A DNA stretch of 64,000 nucleotides. Origin: the human T2T-CHM13v2.0 reference genome, Homo sapiens. The notes beneath the pieces were generated by a model. That model saw nothing but the letters and a program-made list of their open reading frames with translations, did no database searches and had not been told where the DNA came from. The stretch lies in NCBI RefSeq assembly GCF_009914755.1, contig NC_060926.1, one strand, 5' to 3'. Numbering within the stretch: position 1 is the first letter of the stretch; each line of letters begins with the position of its first letter. A program made the position numbers and the translations under genes. Positions 12,950 through 26,889 of the stretch are shown in pieces.

Positions 12950-13735
12950 ATTTTTTATTCAACTCATTCATGAGGTTTTCTTTCTGTCATTCCCCAGAAA
13001 CTTTTTTTGTCAAGGTCATCCCTGAATATGTTAGATCCAACTGTCAATTTTCAGTCTTTATTTTAATCTAACTAGCAGCTGCCTGGGCAAGGTCGGCCAC
13101 TCTCTCCTTTTTAGAAACAATTTCTTTTCTTGGCTTGCATGTTACACATTATTTCTGGATGCTCCTTCTCTACCTCAAAAATACTGTGCTGCCTTGGGAT
13201 GCTCTGTTTAGATTGCTTCACTGATCTAGCCAAACTCATCTCCCTGCATAATCTCATTCAGGCTTGTGGCTTGAATTTTCATCTGTATGCCAGTGCCTTC
13301 CACATTATTTTTTTCTCCAGCAGAGATCTTTTCCCAAACTCCAGACACAGAGATCTATAGTTTAGTCAAAATTTCCTCTAGAATGTCTGACATCTCAAAC
13401 ATAATGCATCTTAAACCCAGCTCTTGATTTTATCGCCTTAAACTGTCTTTGTGTCTCCAATTTTCTCATTCTCCAATAAATAACAATTCAATTTATCCAG
13501 TTGCTCAAGCTAAAACCCTTGGATTCATTCTTGACTCTCTTTATCTTATGTATTCTTCATTAATCTGGCAGCAGTTTCTATCAGCTTTTCCTCAAAAACG
13601 TACCCAGAATTTAACCTTTTTTTTTTTTTTTTTTGCTATCTCCATAGCTACCAAGTTATTCTGCTGCACTAGTTTTCTAGATTGCCCTGACTTCTGCTTT
13701 AGATCCCTACTGCCTGTCCTCCATAGCTGCCAGAG
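12950..13735 (+). mobile_element. L2 fragment
   Basis: 'gtcaaggtcatc...catctcaaacataa...atccagttgctcaagctaaaacccttggattcattcttgactc' L2 motifs. Confidence 0.8.
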
Positions 13736-14189
13736 TGGTCCTTTGGGTTTCGCTGGATTCTATGGTAAACAAACAAACAAAAAAGGCAGCAGGACTTTCT
13801 TAGGTAATTGTATTTTATTTGTTGGTTCTGCTTGTCTCTGCTAGACTTTATTAAATACACAAGCTCTTTCCATGTTATGAACAAGACAGCAACTGGGAGC
13901 CCTACACTTGTCCTAGACTTGTCTTCTCTCAGTTCAGCAATCCCATGAGAAGGAAATGTCTCTTCCAAAATTTAAATATTAATTCAGGAATGATTGACTA
14001 ACTTTGCTAGAGTCTTGTGTCAATCTCTAAACTAATCAAAGTGGTTAAGAGAATTAAGATGCTCTGGCCATCTAGGGTCATATGCACACCTAATTGCTGG
14101 GATGAAGAGGGGCCACCATAGTCACCAGCTTCATTGAGACAACCTGGAATGGGAACAAGGGAACCACAGAAATAAGAAAAGAGACTAGG

Positions 14190-14600
<411 letters not shown>

Positions 14601-15132
14601 TTATTTAACCCCTTTGATACTTGTTCCCATCTAGGGGCAGTAATACTGCACAGGGTTGCTATGAGGTTCAAATGATTTTAAACATGTAAAGTTTTTTCAT
14701 AAAAAGTGAAATTTTATACTTATGTAATTGTTAACTATTATTAAATCTAGATTAGTTCATCAGTGGCTGGCAAAATGTGAACAGATACAGAAGCTGACCT
14801 TCTGTGATTTGTAACAATAGCATAGATGTCGACAAGAGTCAATCACACAGGCTTTTACCACTTCTACTCAATGTAGTACTGGAAATTCTAGCTGGAACAA
14901 TTAAGCAAGGGGAAGAAAAGGCATGCAAATTAGAAAAGAAGAAGTAAAATTATCTCTGCTTGCGGATGATATTATACGTAGAAAACCTAAAATTTTCACA
15001 TAAAAAAAATCCTGTTAGAACTAATAAGTGAGTTCAGCAAAGTAGCAGGATGGAAAGTAAACACAAAACTAAGTTAGATTTCAATATATTAGTAATGAAC
15101 AATTTGGAAAAGAAATTAAGACAACAATTTTA

Positions 15133-15435
15133 GGCCTGGCACATTGGTTCATGTCTATAATCCCAGCACTTTGGGTGGCCGAGGCGGGAGGAACACTTGA
15201 GATCAGGAGTTCGAGACCAGCCTGGCCAACATGGTGAAATCCTGTCTCTATTAAAAATACAAAAATTAGCTGGGCATGGTAGCAGGCACCTATAATCCCA
15301 ATTACAGGAGAATTGCTTGAACCCGGGAGGTGGAGGTTGCACTGAGCTGAGACTGTGTCACTGCACTCCAGCCTGGATGACAACAGCAAAACTCCATCTC
15401 AAAAAAAAAAAAAAAAAAGAAAGAAAGAAAAAGAA
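15133..15435 (+). mobile_element. AluS nested in L1, with an internal deletion in the right arm
   Basis: Alu dimer; the GCTACTCGGGAGGCTGAGG segment is replaced by ATTA at ~15301. Confidence 0.92.
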
Positions 15436-15468
15436 AGGAAAGAAAACAATTCTGTTTACAGTAACACC

Positions 15469-15830
15469 TACTATGATCTGAATGTTCGTGTCCCTCCAAA
15501 ATTCATGTGTTGAAATTTAACAATCAGCGCAGTGGAGCTGAGAGGTGGGACATCTGGAAGGTGATTAAGTCATAAGGGCAAAGCCCTCATAAATGGGATT
15601 AATGTCTTTGTAAAAGAGGCCTAGGGGAGCTTATTTGTCTTCTGTGTCATATGAGGACTAGCAAGAAAGTGTCATCTATGAAGTGTAGGCTGCCAACAGA
15701 TACCTATGAATCTGCTGGCACCTTGATCTTTGACTTCTCAGCTTCTAGAACTGTGAGCAATACATTTCTATTGTTTATAAATTATTTAGTCTAAAATATT
15801 TTGTTCGGGAAGCCAAAATGGACTTAGATA
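15469..15830 (+). mobile_element. MaLR LTR (MLT1A/MST-type) nested in L1
   Basis: 'ctatgatctgaatgttcgtgtccctccaaaattcatgtgttgaaa...ctgctggcaccttgatctttgacttc...gaactgtgagcaata...ggacttagata'. Confidence 0.85.
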
Positions 15831-16785
15831 GCATCAAAAAGAATAAAATACTTAGAAACCAACTTAACCAAGAAGGAGAAAGACTTGTGCAATGAAAACT
15901 ATAAAACAGTGCTGAAAAAGTAAAGATACAGGTAATTGGAAGCACATCTCATGTTCATAGACTGGAAAACTTACTATTGTTAAGATGTCAACACTACCCA
16001 AATCTATCTATAGATTCAACGCAATTCCTATCAAAATCCCAATGACATTTTTTTGCAGAAATAAAAAACGCCAACCTAAAATTCATACAGACTCTCAAGG
16101 GGTCCCAAATAGCCAAAACAGCCTTGAAAAAGACAAACCAAACTGGAGGATTCACACTTCCTGGTTTCAAAACTTACTACAAAGCGACAGTAATCAAACA
16201 ATGTGGAACTGGCATAAAGACAGGTATACAGACCCATGGAACAGAATAGGGAACCTAGAAGTAAACCCTCACATATATGATCAAATGATTTTTGACTAGG
16301 GTGCCAAGTCCATTCAGTGGGGAAAGAATAGTCTTTTCAACAAATGGTGTTGGAAAAACTAGATATCCATATGCAAATGAAAGAAGTTGGAATACAAAAT
16401 TAGTTCAAAATGAATCAGGAACCTAAATGTCAGTCCTAAAACTATAAAGTCCTTAGGAAAAAAAACATTGAGTAAAAGCTTCATAGCATTGAATTTGGCA
16501 ATGACATTAAAGGCATAGAAAACAAAAGGAAAAACAGACAAATTTGAACTTCATGGACATTTTTAAAAATCATGCATCAAAAGGCACTATCAACAGAGTA
16601 AAAAGGCAACTGACACAATAGTGAAAATATTTGTAAATAATATATTTTATAAGGGATTAGTATCCAGACTGTATAGAGATCTTCTACAGCTCAATGACAA
16701 ACAACCCAATTCAAAAATGAGCAAAAGACTTGAATAAACATTTCTCCAAAGAAGATATAAAAATAGCTAATAAAAACATGAACAG

Positions 16786-17104
16786 GGCTGGGCGCGGTGG
16801 CTCATGCCTGTAACCCTAGCACTTTGGGAGGCCGAGGCAGGCAGATCACGAGGTCAGGAGATCGAGACCATCCAGACTAACACGATGAAACCCTGTCTCT
16901 ACTAAAAATACAAAAAGTTAGCCTGGCGTGGTGGTGGGCACCTGTAGTCCCAGCTACTCAGGAGGCTGAGGCAGGAGAATGGCGTGAACCTGGGAGGCGG
17001 AGCTTGAGATAAGCAAAGATCGTGCCACTGCACTCCAGCTTGGGCGACAAAGTGAGACTCCATCTCAAAAACCAAAACCAAAACCAAAAACAAACAAACA
17101 AAAA
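16786..17104 (+). mobile_element. AluY nested in L1
   Basis: gagatcgagaccatcc, gagaatggcgtgaacc and gcggagcttg Y diagnostics; many CpGs decayed. Confidence 0.9.
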
Positions 17105-18099
17105 TCATGAAAAGATGCTCAACATCACTAATCATTAAGGAAATGCAAATCAAAGTTGCAATGAGATACCACCTTACACCCATTAGGATGGCTACTACCA
17201 AAAAAACCAGAATATAATAATTGTAATAATTGTTGGTAAAGATGTGGAGTAAATAGAACCCTAGTGCAGGGTTGATGGGAATGAAAAATGCTATTGTTGT
17301 GTGTGGAAACAGTATTATAAATTAAAAATATAATTATGTGATAATTCATATGATTCAGCAATTCCGTTTCTGGGTATATACTACAAAGAATTGAAAGAAG
17401 GGTCTTGAAGAAATATTTGTACATCCATGTTCATTATTAACAACAGCCAAGAGGTAGAAGCAACTCGGGTATTCGTTGACCAATGAACAGATAAGCAAAA
17501 TGTAGTATATACATACAATGGAATACTATTTAGCCTTAAAGAGGAAGGAAATTCTGACATATACCACAACGTGGATTAACTTTGAGGATATTATGCTTAG
17601 TGAAATAAGCCAGCCACAGAAAGACAAATACTATATGATTCCACTTATATTAAGTAGCTGGAGTAGTCAAAATCATAAAGAAAGAAAGTATAATGGTGAT
17701 TGTTGAGTTGGAGAGGGGAGAAAGGAGATTATTGTTGAATGAGTATAGTTTCAGTTTTACAGGATGAAAATAGTTGTAGAGACAGATGGTGATGGTTGTA
17801 CAGCATTATAAATGTATTTAATACCAGTTAATTGTACACTTAAAAATGATTAAGATCATAAATCTTAGGTGTATTTTACCACAGTGAAATAATTAGCAGA
17901 AAGTCAACCAAAGAGTTAGTGCCTTAAACAGAGAGGAATAAAAATTATCTCGAAGATTGGGGTGGACAGGATTATTAATTACACACTTAAGCAAATACTG
18001 ACTAGAATCTTTTGGAAAGGGTACTTTGAGGGAAAAATATTATCAAAGAAAAAAATGGAAGTTAAGGCTGCATAGGCAGTTAGATTTGAATCTACCTAT

Positions 18100-18663
18100 G
18101 AGTTTTAGCTATCTATTGCTGCGTAATACTATTGCCACAGATTTGGTGGCTTCATACAACACATGTTTATTATCTACCATTTCTATGGGTCAGGAGTCTG
18201 GGTGCATCTTAGCAGAGTTCTCTGTAAGGCTGTAATTAAGGTATTGTCTAGGGCTGAGTTCTTATCTGCATACCAGACTGGGGAAGAACCTGTTGCTAAG
18301 CTCAGATGGTTGTTGGCAGCATTTACTTGCTGGTTGTGAGACTAAGGGTCTCAGTTTCTTGCTGGCTCTCAGCTGGAGGCCATCTTTAGTTTCTTGCCAC
18401 TTGTTGGCCAGAGGCTGCCTGCCATTCCTTGCCAAGGAGGCCTTTCAACATGGCCTCTTACTTCATTAAAGCCAGGAAGGGAGAGAGGCTATTAGCAAGA
18501 CAGATGGTACAATCTTTTGTGACATAATCACTTTTGTTATATTCTGTTTGTCTGAAGCAAGTCACAGGTTCTCTCATAGTCAAGGAGAGAGAATTTTTCA
18601 CTAAAAAACATCTGTACCAGGAGGTAGGAATAATTGGGGGCCATTGTAGAGTGTCCGTTACAT
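18100..18663 (-). mobile_element. MLT1-type MaLR LTR
   Basis: 'tagctatctattgctgcgtaa...gtggcttcatacaacaca...tttctatgggtcaggagtctggg' is the reverse MLT1 3' end. Confidence 0.75.
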
Positions 18664-19619
18664 TTTAACCACCTATTTCCTCTCCTTAGTACATTCACAA
18701 AAGAATAATTGAAAAAAAAAACCCTCAATTTTCTCAAATCTCTGTGCTCAATAAATGATATGCTTTACATATGTAAGTTATGTTAGAGATTCAGTATTCG
18801 TGGAGGGATCTCAAAATGCTAGATAGGTTACACTGGTCAAGTAAGGATGTAAGCTGTCTCTTTAATAAAGATAAATTATTTGATAAGATAATTTATAGTT
18901 TAATTTCATTATCAAGGAACAGTTTTAGGAAGACCTTTATAACAGAGGAGTACTTTTGAAGCTCTACCTAGGAAGAGATCAGATATGTTCCTTTTTCTTT
19001 TTTTTCACATACATACTTTTATAATCTTCATTTAGATTTAGTTCTGCAGACAAATAGATGTTTAATGCTCAAAACTAGTCTTTATGTCAATGTTACTCCC
19101 ATCATTTTGTTGTCTGAAAATTGTTTTTTGGTAGGTTCCTCAGGAAAGGGTTTTGAATTTTCCCGAATTCTCATATCTTCAAAATAATCTGCTTAAAACC
19201 TTTATAATTCAGTTTCATTTTAATTAGATACAAAGTCTTTTGTTTATGTTTTCTCTCCTGATATAAATCATTACTGTCAAATAATATTATGACTACTTAA
19301 TTTTCTTTCTCTAAAATGGGTCTTGGTTCTTTTTTCTGGCTATCCAAAGGGTTTTTCCTTTACATTTCAATAATTTTACAAGAATATTCATCTCAGTGAA
19401 GTCCACCCAGATACACAATGTATCATTTCAATATTTAGCTTTGATGTTTATTTTTTAAGGTAAGTTTTTTTTCAGTCATAGTTTTTAACATGTGCTCTCT
19501 TACATTGACTGGTTTTCAAAAACAAAAAGGAACTTCTGTTATATAATGTTTGATTTTCCTGTGTATCTTTTAAATCTATTATTGTCTGTCAAGTCCTATC
19601 AGATAAGTTTTTCAATTAA

Positions 19620-22600
19620 TAACTTTATTTTTTATTTTTATGGGTTCATAGATGTACATATTTATGGGTACATGAGATATTTTGATACAGGCATACGATG
19701 TGTAGTAATCACATCAGGGTGAATGGGGTATCCATCACCTCAGACATTTATCCTTTCTTTGTGTTACACACAAATTCTGTTATACTCTTTTACTTCTTTT
19801 AAAATGTCTGATAAATTATTATTGGTTGTAGTCACCCTGTTTTGCTATCAAATACTAGATCTTACTCATTCTATCTAACTATATTTTTTTACCAATTAAC
19901 CATCCCCATTTCCCCCCTGCTCCCCCTCCCCCACTATTCCCAGGGGCTGGTAACCATCCTTCTGTTCTCTGTCTTCATGAGTTCAATTATTTTAATTTTT
20001 AGCTCCCACAAATAAGAGAAAACATGCAAAATTTATCTTTCTGTGCCTAGTTTATTTTACTTAATGATCTTTAGTTCCATCCTTGCAAGTGACAGGATCT
20101 CGTTCTTTTTTTATGGCTGAATATTACTCCACTGTGTATAAGCACAACATTGTCTTGACCCATTCATCTGCTGATTGACACTTAGGTTGCTTCTAAATCT
20201 TGGCTATTGTGAAAAGTGCTGCAGTAAACATGAGAGTGTAGATGTTTCTTCAGTAGACTGATCTCCTTTCTTTTGGGTATATACCTAGCAATGAGATTGC
20301 TGGATCATATCATACCTCTAGTTTTTGTGTTTTAGAAAGCTCTCCATAGTGGTTGTACTAGTTTACATTTCCACCAACATTGTATGAGTGTTCTCTTTTC
20401 TCCACATCCTTGCCAGCATTTGTTATTATCTATCTTTTGAATAAAAGCCATTTTAAGTGGGGTGATATGGTGTCTCATTGTAGTTTTGATGCACATTTCT
20501 CTGATGATCAATGATGTTGAGCACTTTTTCATATACCTGTTTACCATTTGTATGTCTTCTTTTAAGAATTCTGTATTCAGACATTTAGTTGTTCAAATAG
20601 ACATTTTTTTAATCGGATGAGTAGATTTTTTCTTATTGAGTTGTTTGAGTCCCTTATATATTCTGGCTATTAATCCCTTGTCAGATGTATAGTTTGCACA
20701 TATTTTCTCCTATCCTGTGGGTTGTCTCTTCATTTTTGTTAATTGTTTCCTTTACTGTGCAGAAGCTTTTTAACTTGATGAGATTCCATTTGTCCATTTT
20801 TGCTTTGGTTGCCTGTGCTTGTGGGATATTACACAAGAAATCTTGGCCCTGTACAATGTCCTAGAGAGTTTTCCAATGTGTTATTTTAATAGTTTCATAA
20901 TTTGAGGACTTAGATTTAAGTCTTTAATCCATTTGATTTGATTTTTATCTGTGTTAGGAGATAGGGGTCTAGTTTCATTTTCTGCATGTGGATATCCAGT
21001 TTTCCTAGCACCATTTATCAAAGAGATAGTCCTTTCTTCAATGTATGTTCTTTGTACCTTTGTTGAAAGTGAGTTCACTGTAGATGTATGAATTTATTTC
21101 TGAGTCCTTTTTTATTGTGTTCCATTGATCTGTGTCTGTTTTTATGCCAATACCATGCTCTTTTGGTTACTATAGCTCTGTAGTATAATTTGAAGTCAGG
21201 TAATGTGATTCCTTCTGTTTTGTTCTTTTTGTTCAGAATAGCTTTGGCTCTTCTGGGTCTTTTGTGGGTCCACAGAAATTTAAGGATTGCTTTTTCTATT
21301 TCTGTGAAGGATGTCATTGGTATTTTGATAGGGATTGCATTGAATATGTAGATTGCTTTGGATAGTATGAACATTTTAACCATATTGATTCTTCCAATCC
21401 ACAAATATGGAATATCTTTCCAATTTTTTGTGCCCTCTTCAATTTCCTTCATCAGTGTTTTATAGTTTTCAGTGTAGAGATATTTCACTTCTTTGGTTAA
21501 AGTTAATTCCTAGGTATTCTATTTTATTTGTAGCTATTGTAAGTAGAATTATTTTCTTGATTTCCTTTTCATATTGTTTGCCATTGGCATATGGAAATGC
21601 TACTGATTTTTGTACATTGATTGTGTACCCTGCTACTTTACTGAATTGTTTATCAGCTCTAACAGTTTTTTTTTTATGGCGTCTTTAGTTTTTTCCAAAT
21701 ACAAGATAAATCATCTGCAAACAAGAATAATTTGACTTCTTTCTGACTTGGATGACTTTTATTTCTTTCTCTTGTCTGATTGCTCTAGCTAGGACTTCCA
21801 GTACTATGTTGAATAACAATGGTGACAGTGGGAATCCTTGTTTGTTCCAGAGCTTAGAGAAAAGGTTTTCAGTTTTTCTCTGTTCAGTATGATACTAGCT
21901 GTGGTCTGTCCTATATGGCTTTTATTGTGTTGCAGTGTATTCCTTCTATACCCGGTTTTTGAGGGTTTTTTTTTTGTTGTTGTTATCATGAAGGGATGCT
22001 GAAGTTTACCAGATGCTTTTCAGCATCAGTAGAAATAATCATATGGTTTTTGTCCTTCATTCTGTTGATATGATGCATCATATTGATTGATTTGCATATG
22101 TTAAACCATCCTTGCATCCCCGAGATAAATCCCATTTGGTTATGATGAATGATCTTTTTAATGTGTTGTTGAATTTGGTTTTGTTAAAGCAAACTAAATA
22201 TGTCCTGAGAAGGACTCCATACTTCTATATTTGAGTCCTTGTGGATAAACTGCAACCTAACTTAATAGGTAGACAAGATTGAAAACCTAACTTAGGAGTA
22301 TGCTCCTGTAACAATCACTGAGTCTTGGCCAGTCCTAGCAGCCATACTTCAACCACTCATACACTGCTGAGTGTTCAAACTGTGTTCAAATAAGGCAAAC
22401 ATGGAGCTGTAACCAATCCAGCTGTTTCTGTACCTCACTACCAGTTTCTGTGCATCACTACTTTTTTTGCCTATACATTTTTTCTGACCATGAGGCATCC
22501 CTGGAGTCTCTCTAAATCTGCTGTGATCCTGGGGGCTGCCCAATTCGCGAATCGTTCATTGCTTAATTAAACTCCTTTATATTTAATTTGGCTGAAGTTT

Positions 22601-22690
22601 TTCTTTTAGCAGTTTGCCAGTATTTTGTTGAGGATTTTTGCATCATTTTTAATTAAGGATATTGGCCTGTAGTTTTCTTTTTTTTAAATG
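19620..22690 (-). mobile_element. 5'-truncated L1MA-type element (decayed ORF2 3' part and 3'UTR) interrupted by MER57
   Basis: ORF2-like track ORFs 20332..20547 and 21075..21488; T-rich tail at ~19625. Confidence 0.9.
22182..22611 (+). mobile_element. MER57-type ERV1 solo LTR with 4-bp TSD GTTT
   Basis: TGTTAAAGCAAACTAAATATG...CTTTTAGCA termini, CCAAT box, ATTAAA; the host L1 reads through once the LTR and one TSD copy are removed. Confidence 0.85.
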
Positions 22691-23915
22691 TATCTTAGAT
22701 AAATTTTTAAAACAGATTAGTGTGAAAAGAAAATCTTCTAGCTTAGTTAGTGTGTGCTTATGCATTTTACCAAAGAATATGACGGAAAGTTTCAGGATTT
22801 TTCTGGAGTTATATCTGGTTTGCCTTTAGTAGAACTTTCCATTTATTTCATTCTTAAATGATATATGCATTGGTTGGAGCATCTTGCCTACAATTTTTTA
22901 GCTCAAAATATTTCATGAATATCTTCTTTAATGACTGGACTGCTTTAAATAAAAGAAAGTTAAACTTCTCTGGTAATACTAAATATTTCTTTTGGGCTGA
23001 TTAGTGAAGCTTTTGTCTTTGAGAAGAATTCAGTTTGCAATTCTGTTGAGTTGCTAAGAGCATTAACTTAAGTGAAGGGTTTTCCTCTTCCACTAGAAAC
23101 TTTCAGTGGGTCCCATGAAATAAGAACTAAAAATCTGTTTTGAGGTGTTGAAAGAGCCATCTTGGCCATAACCTGTTTAGGGCATAGACCATTTCACATT
23201 GTGGGCTTCCTTACACTGGAAATTATAGCTCCCATTTGAATGCAATAATAAAGCATAAAAATGAAAATAAACTGAGGAAAGAAATCAAATAAACAGAATA
23301 GCAAAATTATCTGCTATATTGAAAACAACAACAAAATCTCAGTAAGTACAAACCACAACTCTTTTGAGTTAAAATAAATGGAAATTATTAGTAAATCTTT
23401 GTATATCTAATGACATTGTTGGTTTTCTCTGCGAGATAGTTCAGTGGAGGGGGGCGGGGGCAGGAGGTAGGAAGGTGAAAGAAGAGGATCCTTCCTAAGG
23501 ATTTCTAAGGAAAGAGGATAGTCAGGGACAGAGTCTTCTTGTTTGTGCTAGAAACAGTACTGGAGATAGCTACAGTAGACAAGGGAGCAGTTTTCAGGGC
23601 CCACAGGACCAGTGATTCTCTTGCCAAGTCAGCACAGACATAAATACAGCTCATCACTAAATTATGAATGGATTTTAAATATGTAAGTTGACATAGTCAA
23701 GTCTTTTTGTGAGGGAGGGGTCTATGTCAGAATACAGTCTGTGGCATCAAATTCATTCTTTGGCTGTAGGATTCTGGGCCAGATAGTTGCCTTTTTCCAA
23801 CCTTCAGTAACCAATTGAAAGTTTGTTGTGAGAATAAGAAATGTGGCAAACTTGACCTGTATCTCACAGATAAAAAATTATGAATAAGTGGTAGATCCTG
23901 CTATTTTAATCATAA

Positions 23916-24230
23916 CTTTTTCTTTTTTTTTTTTTTTTTTTTTTTTGGAAGAGACAGGACTCACTCTGTTGTGCAGGCTGGAGTGCACTAGTGCAATCAT
24001 GGCATACTGCAGCCTCAACCTTATGGGCTCAACCAATCCTCCCACCTCAGTCTCCCAAGAAGCTAGGACTACAGATGCACACCACTGTACCCAGCTAATT
24101 TTAAAATTTTATGTAGTGTCAGGGTCTTGCTAGGTACTCAGGCTGGTCTTGAACACCTGGCCTCAAGGGATTCTCCTGCCTCGGCCTTCCAAAGTGCTGG
24201 GATTACAGGTGTGAGACACCACATGCAGCC
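23916..24230 (-). mobile_element. AluJ
   Basis: Reverse diverged Alu with a long T run. Confidence 0.92.
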
Positions 24231-24355
24231 AACCTAACTACAACTGCTTTCTTATCTAGCTTTTCCACTTGTGCGATGAGAGTGATTAAGTATAACTCTG
24301 TCTTAGTGAAAGTATTTGATTTAAATAGCATTTTTATTTTCAATACCCTTGGGCA

Positions 24356-24661
<306 letters not shown>

Positions 24662-24899
24662 TTAGGCAAATGCCATAATAGGCAGTAGTGTTACTAAAAT
24701 AATTGTATGTCCAATGCTTGGCATTTTAATGAAATGCACTTTATGCAGAATCAACATTTTAACTTAAAATGTTGGTCATCTGCACATTTTCCCCCAGCAA
24801 TTAACTTTAAACTTTAAAACTAAAACAAACATGATTACAAAAAAGTTAAAGCAAAAATCCTACAAGCATTTCTAAGTTGAAATAGACCTCTTTGGTTCT

Positions 24900-25450
24900 T
24901 CAAAAATTTATTGAGCAGCAACAATATGTTGATATTTTGCTGGATATGGGAGGTACAATGATGAAGAAAAATAGGTCACTGCGCTTAAGGAACTTAGGGA
25001 AGAAAGAGATATGTACAGAGATGTTTATAATGTGATATGAAAATACTTCTGCAGAGGCATGCACAAAAATGCTTTTGTAACAAAGGATAGAACAATTAAC
25101 TCTGCCTGAGGCTCTCTCGGAAGTCTTCCTTAAAGATAAGGCCTAAGAGAAGTGTAATGAAGATGAAAAGGAGATTCTGGATAAAAGCTGAGTAGGGAGG
25201 GAGAAAAGGTCTTCCAAGAGAAAAGAGCAGTGTGAGCAAAGTTGCACAGAATTGAGAGAGGCTCTGACATAAATAGGAAATAGCGAGAAATTTATTACAG
25301 TAAGAGCATCAACTGCGTAGGGAAGAGAGATTGAAGTGTTGGAACCAGATTATTAAATACTTTGAAGATCAGTTAAGGGGTTTGTATTTTATCCTGCAGA
25401 TTATGGAAAACCAATCTGGATTTACAAGCAAAGGAGTGATAAGATTAACC
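24900..25450 (-). mobile_element. L2 fragment
   Basis: 'atttattgagca...tcactgcgcttaaggaactt...gtttgtattttatcctg' reverse L2. Confidence 0.65.
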
Positions 25451-25680
25451 TTGAAACAAATGATGCCAGAGGAAATAGTATTCATTTCTTTGTAGCTTGT
25501 TGTCTTCTTACATTGAAAAGCTTAGGTTAATGAAACAAGCAGACTTCTGGTGTCAGGTGAAGGTAAGAGGATGGAAGCCTAGTTGGTCATTCCCATCTTT
25601 ACCTAGGTCAGCATTTGCTGTTTGTCTAGAAGTCGATCAATAAGGAAGACAGCATACTGTGCAGAAGGCTGTCTGGATCA

Positions 25681-25986
25681 TTTTTCTATTTTTTGAGACA
25701 GGGTCTCACTCTGTTATCCAGGCTGGAGTGCAATGGCACGATCAAGCCTCACTGCAGTCTCAGCATCCTGGGCTTAGGTGATCTTCCCATTGCAACCTCT
25801 TGAGAAGCTAGGACTACAGATGTGCACCACAATTCCCAGCTAATGTTATTATTATTATTTTTTTTTTAAGAGTCAGGGTTTTGCCATGTTGCCCAGGCTG
25901 GTGTGAAACTCGTGGACTAAAGTGATCCACCCACCTCAGCCTTTCAAAGTGTTGGCATTACAGGTATGAGTCACTCTACCTGGCTT
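25681..25986 (-). mobile_element. AluJ
   Basis: Reverse diverged Alu dimer. Confidence 0.92.
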
Positions 25987-26119
25987 ATCATTTTTCCATT
26001 CTTGTGATTTTTGTACCCACTGTATAAATATTATGAAAATTAGGTTTTATGCATGAAGTAAAAATTGCCACTATCCTCAGAGGTAATTCAGGTAACTCAC
26101 ATTAAAAAAGTAGATTCTG

Positions 26120-26458
26120 GGCCAGGCGTGGTGGCTCCTACCTGTAACCCTAGCACTTTGGGAGACCATGGATGGAGGATTGCTTGAACTCAGGAGTTCA
26201 AGACCAGCCTGGGCAACATAGCGAGACCTCATCTCTACTAAAAATAAAAAATAATTAGCCAGCCTTGGAGGTGCACACCTGTAGTCCCAGCTACTCAGGG
26301 GGATGAGGTGGGAGGATCACTCGAGCCTGGGAGATCGAGGCTGCAGTGAGCTGTGATCTCTCCACTGCACTCCAGCCTGGGTAACAGAGCAAGACCTTGT
26401 CTAAAAAAAAAAAAAAAGAACAACAACAACAAGAACAACAAAACAAAAACAAAAAAGC
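26120..26458 (+). mobile_element. AluJ with (AAC)n-type tail
   Basis: 'ggaggatcactcgagcctgggagatcgaggctgcagtgagctgtgat' J-type right arm. Confidence 0.93.
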
Positions 26459-26889
26459 AAGCACATTCTGTAGGTATTATCCAGAGTGGAAGTTCTGGGA
26501 ACTGGGAATTCTCTAAACATTTCCTCTACTGCAGAGAAACCCAAAGGGATATGGGTTCAAATATTTGTTCATAGATGTTCCTTAATTACATATAAAAATG
26601 TGCCATGATACTCTTAAATAGTACATACTAACAGAAAAAAAGAGGAAGAAAAATAAATGTCCAAAAATGTGCAAAAACAAAACATAGCATTCTCATTCTA
26701 AAGAAGATACCCAAATCCTTCCATCGCAGTAGATTCATTGTAATATCTGTAATATGGGACTATGTATCATCTTTCTCTTTTCTTCCCTCAGAATAAACTA
26801 CCTCATGGGAAACCTCACTGTATTTCAGAAATTTAAACAAAATCAGGTTGCTTGGTTTTCATATCAACCATGCCAGCCTCTCTTGTTTC

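Larger units (their letters stand above)
14835..17890 (+). mobile_element. 5'-truncated old L1 (L1MB-like): decayed ORF2 3' half and 3'UTR, with three nested insertions
   Basis: ORF2-like peptides ([29 protein letters not shown]) broken by stops and frameshifts. Confidence 0.88.
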
